From a virus (taxonomy: Duplodnaviria > Heunggongvirae > Uroviricota > Caudoviricetes), in the IMG/VR virus record IMGVR_UViG_2541047687_000013, positions 1-10,077 of that record: DNA of 10,077 bases, one strand, 5' to 3'. Below the pieces are notes generated by a model. It was not told the origin of the DNA. It worked only from the letters and a program-made list of their open reading frames with translations, and did no database searches. Every line of letters begins with the position of its first letter. Within the stretch, counting starts at the first letter, position 1. Of the stretch, positions 1 to 8,254 are shown piece after piece. The position numbers were made by a program, and so were the translations under genes.

Positions 1-15
1 AAACCAACGTTTATC
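1..15. other. Probable crossover half-site (hix/gix/cix/pix-like) for the adjacent serine invertase, truncated by the window edge
   Basis: Positions 1-15 read AAACC-AA-CGTTT-ATC, resembling the central AAACC-nn-GGTTT core of the 26-bp sites used by Hin/Gin/Cin/Pin invertases. It sits about 60 bp upstream of the invertase start, as in Mu gin, P1 cin and e14 pin. The left half lies outside the window, so it cannot be confirmed. Confidence 0.3.
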
Positions 16-73
16 TCTCAAATCCTCCCCACATTATCTCAGTACTTTAACCACTCAAAAGGGAGTATTTTTA

Positions 74-646
74 ATGCTGATTGGCTACATACGTGTGTCA
101 ACAAATGACCAAAACACAGATTTGCAACGCAATGCATTAATGTGCGCAGGATGTGAACAGATTTTTGAGGACAAAATGAGCGGAACCAAGTCGGAACGAC
201 CAGGCCTGAAACGCGCTTTAAAGTGCCTTAAAAGAGGGGATACATTGGTGGTCTGGAAGCTGGATCGGTTGGGTAGAAGAATGAAACACCTCATTGCTCT
301 CACAGAAGAGCTACGCGCAAAAGGTGTCAATTTTCGCAGTCTGACGGATTCAATCGATACCAGCACTCCGATGGGAAGGTTCTTTTTTCATATGATGGGT
401 GCACTGGCAGAAATGGAGCGTGAACTGATAGTTGAGCGCACGCTGGCAGGACTGGCTGCTGCGCGAGCACAAGGAAGAGTTGGAGGACGTCGCCCGAAAC
501 TGACGAAGGAGCAGCATGAGCAGATCGCAAGATTGCTCCAGAAAGGGTATGACAGAAAGCGGCTGGCAATTATCTATGATATTGGACTGTCAACGATCTA
601 CCGCTATCACCCTGTTGGGACTGTCATAACGCAACCTGAAATGTAA
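74..646 (+). CDS. pin: Serine recombinase, DNA invertase of the Pin/Gin/Hin/Cin family
   Basis: 190-aa ORF with the N-terminal resolvase/invertase catalytic motif GYIRVSTNDQ (active-site Ser), the conserved LVVWKLDRLGR and FRSLTDSIDT blocks, and a C-terminal helix-turn-helix (GRRPKLT). Closely resembles e14 PinE as recalled. GGGAG Shine-Dalgarno at 61-65. Confidence 0.9.
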   Translation: MLIGYIRVSTNDQNTDLQRNALMCAGCEQIFEDKMSGTKSERPGLKRALKCLKRGDTLVVWKLDRLGRRMKHLIALTEELRAKGVNFRSLTDSIDTSTPMGRFFFHMMGALAEMERELIVERTLAGLAAARAQGRVGGRRPKLTKEQHEQIARLLQKGYDRKRLAIIYDIGLSTIYRYHPVGTVITQPEM

Positions 647-699
647 TTCTTTTTCAAATAATGAAACGCCGCGTGGATGCCATTTATCGCACAAGATAG

Positions 700-2346
700 A
701 GTGCATTTATCGCGCGGCGCATCACCGAAGTCACCGCAGACAGCGGGGAATATCAGGTGCTGGCGCGCTGGGACACGCCGAAGGTGGTGAAGGGGGTGAG
801 CTTCCTGCTCCGTCTGACCGTAACAGCGGACGACGGCAGTGAGCGGCTGGTCAGCACGGCCCGGACGACGGAAACCACATACCGCTTCAGGCAACTGGCG
901 CTGGGGAACTACAGGCTGACAGTCCGGGCGGTAAATGCGTGGGGGCAGCAGGGCGATCCGGCGTCGGTATCGTTCCGGATTGCCGCACCGGCAGCACCGT
1001 CGAGGATTGAGCTGACGCCGGGCTATTTTCAGATAACCGCCACGCCGCATCTTGCCGTTTATGACCCGACGGTACAGTTTGAGTTCTGGTTCTCGGAAAA
1101 GCGGATTACCGATATCAGGAAGGTTGAAACCACAGCGCGCTATCTTGGTACGGCGCTGTACTGGATAGCCGCCAGTATCAATATCAAACCGGGCCATGAT
1201 TATTATTTTTACGTTCGCAGTGTGAACACCGTTGGCAAATCGGCATTCGTGGAGGCTGTCGGTCAGCCGAGTGATGATGCATCAGGCTATCTGGATTTTT
1301 TCAAAGGCGAGATAGGGAAAACCCATCTGGCTCAGGAGCTGTGGACGCAGATTGATAACGGTCAGCTTGCGCCTGACCTGACTGAAATCAGGACGTCCAT
1401 AACGGATGTCAGCAATGAAATAACACAGACCGTCAATAAGAAACTGGAAGACCAGAGTGCAGCGATCCAGCAGATACAGAAGGTTCAGGTTGATACAAAT
1501 AATAACCTGAACAGCATGTGGGCAGTGAAGCTGCAGCAGATGCAGGACGGACGCCTTTATATTGCGGGTATCGGTGCCGGTATTGAGAACACCCCTGACG
1601 GCATGCAGAGTCAGGTGCTGCTGGCAGCAGACAGGATTGCGATGATTAATCCTGCGAATGGCAACACAAAGCCGATGTTTGTTGGTCAGGGCGATCAGAT
1701 ATTCATGAATGAAGTGTTCCTGAAACGCCTGACGGCCCCCACCATTACCAGCGGCGGTAATCCTCCGGCATTTTCCCTGACATCAGACGGGAGACTGACG
1801 GCGAAAAATGCGGATATCAGTGGCAGTGTGAATGCGAACTCAGGAACGCTCAACAATGTCACGATTAACCAGAACTGTACGATTAAGGGCATGCTGGAGG
1901 CGACCCAGGTCAGAGGAGATTTCGTTAAAGCTGTATCAAAAGCCTTCCCGAAAAAAGTCGGTACGTGGGGTAACACGGAAACACCAAACGGTACGGTTAC
2001 AGTCACCATCAGCGATGATCATAACTTTGACCGCCAGATTATTATTCCGCCCATTATTTTTAACGGTATAGCGTATGACGATCCGGGGAGCGGAAATAAC
2101 CCAGGAGGCACGCGATACACGGGTTATGGTTTTGAAGTTCGCAAAAACGGCGTATTAATCGCATCCAGAGAAACTAAAGGGGCCATTCCCGGTAGTTACA
2201 GTGCAGTTATTGATATGCCGAGTGGCAGGGGAAGCGTCACTCTGGAGTTTAAGATTTTCCAGAAAGGCAATCAGGGGGCAGGCAATATCACCGACTGTAC
2301 GGTGATTGTGACCAAAAAAGCCGCTTCCGGCATCAGTATTCGTTGA
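700..2346 (+). pseudogene. J: 5'-truncated host specificity protein J (central tail fibre), C-terminal ~548 codons only
   Basis: The frame opens after an in-frame TAG at 697-699 and runs to TGA at 2344-2346. The translation ([56 protein letters not shown]...) matches the C-terminal half of lambda J as recalled. Only 53 bp separate it from the invertase stop, so the N-terminal ~590 codons are absent. No Shine-Dalgarno precedes the first in-frame GTG at 757. Confidence 0.8.
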
Positions 2347-2368
2347 AATATTTATAACCCCAATAAAG

Positions 2369-2394
2369 GGCGTCAGGAATGACGCCTTTTTTAT
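2369..2394 (+). terminator. Rho-independent terminator downstream of J remnant
   Basis: Perfect 7-bp stem GGCGTCA (2369-2375), loop GGAA, TGACGCC (2380-2386), followed by TTTTTTATT. Confidence 0.7.
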
Positions 2395-2416
2395 TGCAGA
2401 AAAGCGAGAGGTAATT

Positions 2417-3016
2417 ATGCGTAAAGTTTGTGCAGCAATTTTGTCCGCAGCCATTTGTCTGGCCGTATCCGGTGCGCCTGCATGGGCGTCTGAACATCAG
2501 TCCACGCTGAGCGCGGGGTATCTTCATGCCTCGACGAACGTCCCCGGCAGTGATGATCTGAACGGGATTAACGTGAAATACCGTTATGAGTTTACGGACA
2601 CACTGGGGCTGGTGACGTCATTCAGCTATGCAGGAGACAAGAATCGCCAGCTGACCCGTTACAGCGATACCCGCTGGCATGAAGATTCCGTTCGTAACCG
2701 CTGGTTCAGCGTAATGGCGGGGCCGTCTGTGCGCGTGAATGAATGGTTCAGCGCGTATGCGATGGCGGGTGTAGCTTACAGCCGTGTGTCGACTTTCTCC
2801 GGGGATTATCTTCGCGTAACTGACAACAAGGGGAAAAAGCACGATGTGCTGACCGGAAGTGATGACGGTCGCCACAGCAACACGTCTCTGGCGTGGGGGG
2901 CTGGCGTGCAGTTTAACCCGACCGAATCCGTGGCCATTGATATTGCTTATGAAGGCTCCGGCAGTGGTGACTGGCGCACTGACGGTTTCATCGTGGGTGT
3001 CGGTTATAAATTCTGA
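2417..3016 (+). CDS. lom: Lom outer membrane protein (Ail/Lom/PagC family eight-stranded beta-barrel)
   Basis: 199-aa ORF with an N-terminal signal peptide (MRKVCAAILSAAICLAVSGAPAWA). Blocks INVKYRYE, YAMAGVAYSR and the C-terminal DIAYEGSGSGDWRTDGFIVGVGYKF match lambda Lom as recalled. GAGAGG Shine-Dalgarno at 2405-2410. Position between J and stf is as in lambda. Confidence 0.9.
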   Translation: MRKVCAAILSAAICLAVSGAPAWASEHQSTLSAGYLHASTNVPGSDDLNGINVKYRYEFTDTLGLVTSFSYAGDKNRQLTRYSDTRWHEDSVRNRWFSVMAGPSVRVNEWFSAYAMAGVAYSRVSTFSGDYLRVTDNKGKKHDVLTGSDDGRHSNTSLAWGAGVQFNPTESVAIDIAYEGSGSGDWRTDGFIVGVGYKF

Positions 3017-3042
3017 TTAGCCAGGTAACACAGTGTTATGAC

Positions 3043-3070
3043 AGCCCGCCGGTTCAGGCGGGCTTTTTTG
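3043..3070 (+). terminator. Rho-independent terminator downstream of lom
   Basis: Stem AGCCCGCC (3043-3050), loop GGTTCA, GGCGGGCT (3057-3064), followed by a T6 run and GTGGGG. Confidence 0.75.
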
Positions 3071-3080
3071 TGGGGTGAAT

Positions 3081-6000
3081 ATGGCAGTAAAGATTTCAGG
3101 TGTACTGAAAGACGGCACAGGAAAACCGGTACAGAACTGCACAATCCAGCTGAAAGCAAAACGTAACAGCACCACGGTGGTGGTGAACACGCTGGCCTCA
3201 GAAAATCCGGATGAAGCCGGGCGTTACAGCATGGACGTTGAGTACGGGCAGTACAGCGTTATTCTGTTGGTGGAGGGATTCCCGCCGTCACATGCCGGGA
3301 CCATCACCGTGTATGAAGATTCCCGACCCGGTACGCTGAATGATTTTCTCGGTGCCATGACGGAGGATGATGCCCGTCCTGAGGCACTGCGCCGTTTTGA
3401 ACTGATGGTGGAAGAGGTGGCGCGTAACGCGTCCGCGGTGGCACAGAACACGGCAGCCGTGAAGAAGTCAGCCAGCGATGCCAGCACATCAGCCCGTGAG
3501 GCGGCAACCCATGCGACTGATGCTGCAGGCTCAGCACGCGCAGCCAGCACGTCAGCCGGACAGGCCGCGTCGTCGGCTCAGTCAGCATCTTCCAGCGCAG
3601 GAACGGCATCAACAAAGGCCAGTGAAGCATCGAAAAGTGCTGCTGCTGCAGAGTCCTCAAAAAGCGCGGCAGCTACCAGTGCCGCTGCGGCGAAAACGTC
3701 AGAAACGAATGCGGCAGCGTCACAACAATCAGCAGCCACTTCTGCATCCGCCGCGACCACGAAGGCGTCAGAAGCAGCCACCTCAGCCCGGGATGCGGCG
3801 GCCTCAAAAGAGGCAGCGAAATCATCAGAAACGAACGCATCATCAAGCGCCAGTAGTGCCGCTTCCTCGGCAACGGCGGCAGCAAATTCTGCGAAGGCGG
3901 CCAAAACGTCTGAGACAAACGCCAGGTCTTCTGAAACGGCAGCGGGACAGAGCGCCTCGGCTGCGGCAGGCTCAAAAACAGCGGCTGCGTCGTCTGCCAG
4001 TGCCGCGTCAACAAGTGCCGGGCAGGCCTCAGCCAGTGCCACCGCCGCCGGAAAATCGGCAGAAAGTGCCGCATCGTCTGCTTCAACAGCCACAACGAAG
4101 GCTGGCGAAGCCACTGAACAGGCCAGCGCAGCAGCGAGGTCTGCTTCCGCAGCGAAGACATCCGAGACGAACGCGAAAGCGTCGGAAACCAGCGCAGAAT
4201 CCTCAAAAACGGCTGCCGCATCGTCCGCCAGTTCGGCGGCGTCATCGGCATCATCGGCGTCTGCTTCAAAAGATGAGGCGACCAGACAAGCGTCCGCAGC
4301 GAAGGGCAGCGCCACGACAGCATCCACGAAGGCGACAGAGGCAGCTGGCAGTGCGACGGCGGCAGCACAGAGCAAAAGTACGGCGGAATCCGCGGCAACG
4401 CGCGCCGAGACAGCGGCAAAACGGGCAGAGGATATTGCATCCGCCGTGGCGCTTGAGGATGCAAGTACGACGAAAAAGGGGATAGTACAGCTCAGCAGTG
4501 CGACCAACAGTACGTCTGAAACGCTGGCGGCAACGCCAAAGGCAGTAAAATCAGCCTATGACAATGCAGAGAAACGTCTGCAGAAAGACCAGAACGGCGC
4601 TGATATACCCGATAAGGGACGCTTCCTGAACAACATTAACGCGGTCAGTAAAACAGACTTTGCTGATAAGCGTGGTATGCGTTATGTGCGGGTTAACGCT
4701 CCTGCAGGTGCAATATCTGGAAAATATTACCCTGTTGTTGTTATGCGTTCTGCTGGCTCAGTAAGCGAACTGGCATCAAGGGTCATTATCACCACGGCAA
4801 CGCGAACCGCAGGCGATCCGATGAATAACTGCGAGTTTAACGGATTTGTTATGCCTGGTGGCTGGACTGACAGGGGGCGTTATGCTTATGGAATGTTCTG
4901 GCAATATCAAAACAATGAACGAGCCATCCACTCAATAATGATGAGTAATAAGGGCGATGATTTGCGCTCTGTGTTCTATGTTGATGGCGCTGCTTTCCCT
5001 GTTTTTGCGTTTATCGAAGATGGCCTGTCAATATCCGCACCTGGTGCTGATCTCGTTGTTAATGATACGACCTATAAGTTTGGGGCAACAAATCCGGCGA
5101 CTGAATGTATCGCGGCGGACGTTATCCTTGATTTTAAGAGTGGGCGTGGTTTTTATGAGTCTCATTCGTTAATCGTTAACGATAACTTGTCGTGCAAAAA
5201 ACTTTTTGCCACAGACGAAATTGTAGCGCGTGGTGGTAATCAGATTCGAATGATAGGTGGGGAGTATGGGGCATTATGGCGTAATGATGGCGCTAAAACT
5301 TACCTGCTGCTTACCAATCAAGGTGATGTTTATGGTGGCTGGAATACATTAAGACCGTTTGCTATTGATAACGCAACCGGCGAACTGGTTATTGGAACCA
5401 AACTGTCCGCAAGTCTGAACGGTAATGCATTAACAGCAACAAAGCTGCAAACGCCAAGACGGGTTTCTGGTGTTGAGTTTGATGGTTCCAAAGATATTAC
5501 TTTAACCGCCGCGCATGTGGCTGCTTTTGCCAGAAGGGCAACGGATACATATGCCGATGCGGATGGTGGCGTTCCCTGGAATGCCGAATCAGGCGCTTAC
5601 AATGTCACCCGCTCTGGCGACAGCTATATTCTGGTTAACTTCTATACCGGAGTCGGAAGTTGCCGGACCCTGCAGATGAAGGCGCATTACAGAAATGGTG
5701 GTCTGTTCTACCGTTCTTCAAGAGATGGCTATGGTTTTGAGGAAGACTGGGCAGAAGTTTATACCTCGAAAAATCTTCCACCAGAAAGCTACCCAGTCGG
5801 CGCACCAATCCCGTGGCCATCAGATACCGTTCCGTCTGGTTATGCCCTGATGCAGGGGCAGACTTTTGACAAATCTGCCTACCCGAAACTTGCTGCCGCT
5901 TATCCGTCAGGCGTGATCCCTGATTTGCGTGGCTGGACGATTAAGGGCAAGCCCGCCAGTGGTCGTGCCGTATTGTCTCAGGAACAGGATGGCATTAAAT

Positions 6001-6479
6001 CGCATACCCACAGCGCCAGCGCATCCAGTACGGATTTGGGGACGAAAACCACATCGTCGTTTGATTACGGCACTAAATCCACGAATAACACTGGTGCGCA
6101 TACCCATAGTTTAAGTGGCAGCACGAATGCAGCTGGTAATCACAGCCATAGAGATGGCCGTCGATTTAACCCCAGTGTTTTTAAAGATACTTATCAATAT
6201 GGTTATACAAGCTCAGGTCAAAATACCTGGGGTGTACAAGGCTCAGTAGGTATGTCTACGGGGTGGTTAGCGAATACCAGTACAGATGGTAATCATAGCC
6301 ATTCACTGTCCGGCACAGCAGCATCTGCAGGTGCACACGCGCATACTGTCGGTATTGGTGCTCATACGCACTCCGTTGCGATTGGTTCACATGGACACAC
6401 CATCACCGTTAACGCTGCTGGTAACGCGGAAAACACCGTCAAAAACATCGCATTTAACTATATTGTGAGGCTTGCATAA
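3081..6479 (+). CDS. stf: Side tail fibre protein Stf, mosaic
   Basis: The N-terminus [80 protein letters not shown] and the C-terminus ...[31 protein letters not shown] match lambda/Rac Stf as recalled. The ORF track begins at GTG 3075, but ATG 3081 with a GGGGTG Shine-Dalgarno fits the lambda start. Long Ala/Ser-rich shaft and His-x-His-rich tip. Confidence 0.9.
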   Translation: MAVKISGVLKDGTGKPVQNCTIQLKAKRNSTTVVVNTLASENPDEAGRYSMDVEYGQYSVILLVEGFPPSHAGTITVYEDSRPGTLNDFLGAMTEDDARPEALRRFELMVEEVARNASAVAQNTAAVKKSASDASTSAREAATHATDAAGSARAASTSAGQAASSAQSASSSAGTASTKASEASKSAAAAESSKSAAATSAAAAKTSETNAAASQQSAATSASAATTKASEAATSARDAAASKEAAKSSETNASSSASSAASSATAAANSAKAAKTSETNARSSETAAGQSASAAAGSKTAAASSASAASTSAGQASASATAAGKSAESAASSASTATTKAGEATEQASAAARSASAAKTSETNAKASETSAESSKTAAASSASSAASSASSASASKDEATRQASAAKGSATTASTKATEAAGSATAAAQSKSTAESAATRAETAAKRAEDIASAVALEDASTTKKGIVQLSSATNSTSETLAATPKAVKSAYDNAEKRLQKDQNGADIPDKGRFLNNINAVSKTDFADKRGMRYVRVNAPAGAISGKYYPVVVMRSAGSVSELASRVIITTATRTAGDPMNNCEFNGFVMPGGWTDRGRYAYGMFWQYQNNERAIHSIMMSNKGDDLRSVFYVDGAAFPVFAFIEDGLSISAPGADLVVNDTTYKFGATNPATECIAADVILDFKSGRGFYESHSLIVNDNLSCKKLFATDEIVARGGNQIRMIGGEYGALWRNDGAKTYLLLTNQGDVYGGWNTLRPFAIDNATGELVIGTKLSASLNGNALTATKLQTPRRVSGVEFDGSKDITLTAAHVAAFARRATDTYADADGGVPWNAESGAYNVTRSGDSYILVNFYTGVGSCRTLQMKAHYRNGGLFYRSSRDGYGFEEDWAEVYTSKNLPPESYPVGAPIPWPSDTVPSGYALMQGQTFDKSAYPKLAAAYPSGVIPDLRGWTIKGKPASGRAVLSQEQDGIKSHTHSASASSTDLGTKTTSSFDYGTKSTNNTGAHTHSLSGSTNAAGNHSHRDGRRFNPSVFKDTYQYGYTSSGQNTWGVQGSVGMSTGWLANTSTDGNHSHSLSGTAASAGAHAHTVGIGAHTHSVAIGSHGHTITVNAAGNAENTVKNIAFNYIVRLA
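3460..4490 (+). repeat. GC-rich imperfect tandem repeat region encoding the Ala/Ser/Thr-rich fibre shaft of Stf
   Basis: Recurring nucleotide units such as AAAACGTCAGAAACGAATGC, TCATCAGAAACGAACGCATC, AAAACGTCTGAGACAAACGCC and AAGACATCCGAGACGAACGCG, encoding repeated AAKTSETNA / SASAAS-type peptide units. The low complexity spawns long spurious ORFs in every other frame. Confidence 0.8.
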
Positions 6480-7063
6480 TGGCATTCAGAATGAGTGAAC
6501 AAGCACGGACCATAAAAATTTATAATCTGCTGGCCGGAACTAATGAATTTATTGGTGAAGGTGATGCATATATTCCGCCTCATACAGGTCTGCCAGCAAA
6601 CAGTACCGATATTGCACCACCAGATATTCCTGCTGGCTTCGTGGTTGTTTTCAACAGTGATGAGGCATCGTGGCATCTCGTTGAAGACCATCGGGGTAAA
6701 ACGGTTTATGACGTAGCGTCAGGGGACGAGTTATTTATTTCTGAACTCGGTCCGTTACCGGAAAATGTTACCTGGTTATCGCCGGAAGGGGAGTTTCAGA
6801 AGTGGAACGGCACAGCCTGGGTGAAAGATGCAGAAGCAGAAAAACTGTTCCGGATCCGAGAGGCGGAAGAAATAAAAAACAGCCTGATGCAGGTAGCCAG
6901 TGAGCATATTGCGCCACTTCAGGATGCTGTAGATCTGGAAATCGCAACGGAGGAAGAAACCTCATTGCTGGAAGCCTGGAAAAAGTATCGGGTGTTGCTG
7001 AACCGTGTTGATACATCAACTGCACCTGATATTGAGTGGCCTACGAACCCTGTCAGGGAGTAA
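6479..7063 (+). CDS. tfa: Tail fibre assembly protein Tfa
   Basis: 194-aa ORF; [54 protein letters not shown]... and the C-terminal ...[21 protein letters not shown] match lambda Tfa as recalled. The ATG overlaps the stf stop (TAATG at 6477-6481), suggesting translational coupling. Confidence 0.9.
   Translation: MAFRMSEQARTIKIYNLLAGTNEFIGEGDAYIPPHTGLPANSTDIAPPDIPAGFVVVFNSDEASWHLVEDHRGKTVYDVASGDELFISELGPLPENVTWLSPEGEFQKWNGTAWVKDAEAEKLFRIREAEEIKNSLMQVASEHIAPLQDAVDLEIATEEETSLLEAWKKYRVLLNRVDTSTAPDIEWPTNPVRE
6899..7018 (+). repeat. Direct repeat copy A (tfa 3' end), partner at 7948-8067
   Basis: Manual alignment with 7948-8067 shows about 13 mismatches over 120 bp, with the first ~60 bp nearly identical. 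Confidence 0.8.
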
Positions 7064-7078
7064 TCATTGGGATTATGC

Positions 7079-7110
7079 CGCAGCACGTCTTAAGCAAGAA
7101 CGTGCTGCGG
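7079..7110. terminator. Hairpin between convergent tfa and methyltransferase genes, possible bidirectional terminator
   Basis: Perfect 11-bp inverted repeat CCGCAGCACGT (7078-7088) / ACGTGCTGCGG (7100-7110) with an 11-nt loop. A T6 run at 7121-7126 lies on the plus strand, but 10 nt from the stem, so a terminator role is uncertain. Confidence 0.4.
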
Positions 7111-7117
7111 TTGGATG

Positions 7118-7786
7118 CTATTTTTTCCCTGAAGCGGAAAACATTACTACAGTACCTTGAACCTTGGTTTTAACATTCTCGAAATGCTCTGAGAGTATAT
7201 GTGTTAAGCCTTCTTCGGAATCTTTTGTGTTTGAAAAGATGCCTTTCTGATTGTAAATGCGCATCAGTTTTTGACCGAAGCTATTGTGCACAACTCCATC
7301 GCCAAGAATTGTGGCTCCGTATAGAGTTCCATCGTCAGTTAAGGCCTGCGCCGCATTGCGTATTACACAGCTTTTTGTAGATATATTTCCAGGCAGGCAG
7401 TGAAGAAGGTAAAACATGGAAATGGAATCAAATTGACCATGTAACGCCGCGGGATAAGGTTCAAAAACATCATGGCTAATTTTATGTTTAATTTTTGATT
7501 CCCCAGCCCTTGTAGATGCCGCGTTCAGGCTAGCTTCGTTCAAATCCATTAAAGATATCAGACTACTCTCAGGTACGTGAGTAAGGTAAAACCCAGTTCC
7601 AACACCAATATCCAGATGGTTGTTACCTAAATGTTCCAGAAAGTGTGGAAGAAGGTGTTCCTTTGTAGGACATCCCCATGCAAGCCGATTTGATACTCCC
7701 AAAACCCACCAGTCATAAAGCTTTAGGGTAAGTGGTGTGTAAATTTTAGCCCCATCATCTGTGTTTTTTTTCATTAATTTCACCAT
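7118..7786 (-). CDS. ybcY: Class I SAM-dependent methyltransferase (Rossmann fold), substrate unknown; ybcY-like by position
   Basis: 222-aa ORF with motif I HLDIGVGTGFY (hh-D/E-h-G-x-G-x-G), an acidic post-I residue (LMDLN) and an FDSISMFYLLHCLP block typical of small-molecule/protein methyltransferases. No DPPY/NPPY or PC motifs, so probably not a DNA methyltransferase. The second ATG (7772-7774) has a GGTGA Shine-Dalgarno and may be the true start. Gene symbol is from recalled synteny with K-12 DLP12 (tfaD-ybcY-tfaX), not from sequence identity. Confidence 0.75.
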   Translation of the reverse strand: MVKLMKKNTDDGAKIYTPLTLKLYDWWVLGVSNRLAWGCPTKEHLLPHFLEHLGNNHLDIGVGTGFYLTHVPESSLISLMDLNEASLNAASTRAGESKIKHKISHDVFEPYPAALHGQFDSISMFYLLHCLPGNISTKSCVIRNAAQALTDDGTLYGATILGDGVVHNSFGQKLMRIYNQKGIFSNTKDSEEGLTHILSEHFENVKTKVQGTVVMFSASGKK

Positions 7787-7815
7787 GTTATAGTTTTATT
7801 TGTGAATTAAATCAA
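7787..7815 (-). promoter_or_regulatory. Candidate sigma70 promoter for the methyltransferase gene
   Basis: On the minus strand, TTGATT (complement of 7810-7815), a 17-nt spacer, then TATAAC (complement of 7787-7792), immediately upstream of the ORF. Consensus-like spacing; not verified. Confidence 0.3.
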
Positions 7816-7842
7816 TTATGGCGATGAATTACAAGGGGTTAA

Positions 7843-8148
7843 ATGCTGCCGCAGCATAGCGATATTGAAATAGCCTGGTATGCTTCGATACAACAGGAGC
7901 CGAATGGCTGGAAGACCGTCACCACACAGTTCTACATCCAGGAATTCAGTGAGTATATTGCGCCACTGCAGGATGCTGTAGATCTGGAAATCGCAACGGA
8001 GGAAGAAAGATCGTTGCTGGAGGCATGGAATAAATATCGGGTATTGTTGAATCGAGTTGATACATCAGTAGCTCTGGGTATGAAGCTGTTTGTAACTCAT
8101 GTTACAGTAACAGTCATTACTATCTCGAAGGTGCAAAATGTATATTGA
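7843..8148 (+). pseudogene. tfaX: Tail fibre assembly protein remnant (tfaX-like), reading through into unrelated sequence
   Basis: The ORF contains [38 protein letters not shown], almost identical to the Tfa C-terminus at 6899-7018. The Tfa-like N-terminal body is absent and the native C-terminal tail is replaced by read-through. Nucleotide repeat copy B is 7948-8067. Confidence 0.7.
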
Positions 8149-8254
8149 TTTGATATTTTATAAATTTACTTCGAATCTGGCACGTCAACTTTTGATTAAA
8201 GTAATATCAGTTTTCGGCGAAAAAAGGACCGTGTACATGAGACGATTTCATACA

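Noticed and set aside
647-760. The CATTTATCGC direct repeats as a second invertase crossover site
   Set aside because: Invertase sites are imperfect palindromes around an AAACC-nn-GGTTT core. This region has direct repeats and lacks that core.
85-2875. Antisense or alternate-frame ORFs overlapping the invertase, J remnant and lom (85-366, 327-569, 607-1197, 1695-2009, 1832-2071, 2155-2454, 2333-2527, 2618-2875)
   Set aside because: Each is embedded in a longer ORF with clear homology on the plus strand, and none has a convincing ribosome-binding site or recognisable motifs.
3460-4490. Repetitive array considered as a possible CRISPR array or non-coding tandem repeat
   Set aside because: The repeats are imperfect, lie in-frame within the stf coding sequence and encode the Ala/Ser shaft. 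There are no unique spacers between conserved repeats.
3224-4507. Five long overlapping ORFs (3224-3550 minus, 3304-3660 minus, 3478-4485 plus, 3578-4507 minus, 3673-4464 minus) inside stf, including a 335-aa Arg/Pro/Gln-rich frame and a 309-aa Ala/Asp-rich antisense frame
   Set aside because: They lie entirely within the GC-rich, low-complexity Ala/Ser repeat of stf, where stop codons are rare in all frames. Their translations are compositionally extreme with no start context. They are frame shadows of a well-supported gene.
6479-8148. Possibility that the two tfa copies define an invertible tail-fibre segment within the window
   Set aside because: The two tfa 3' ends are in direct, not inverted, orientation, and no opposed stf C-terminus is present. 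The invertase-associated site is at the far left edge, so any invertible segment lies outside the window.
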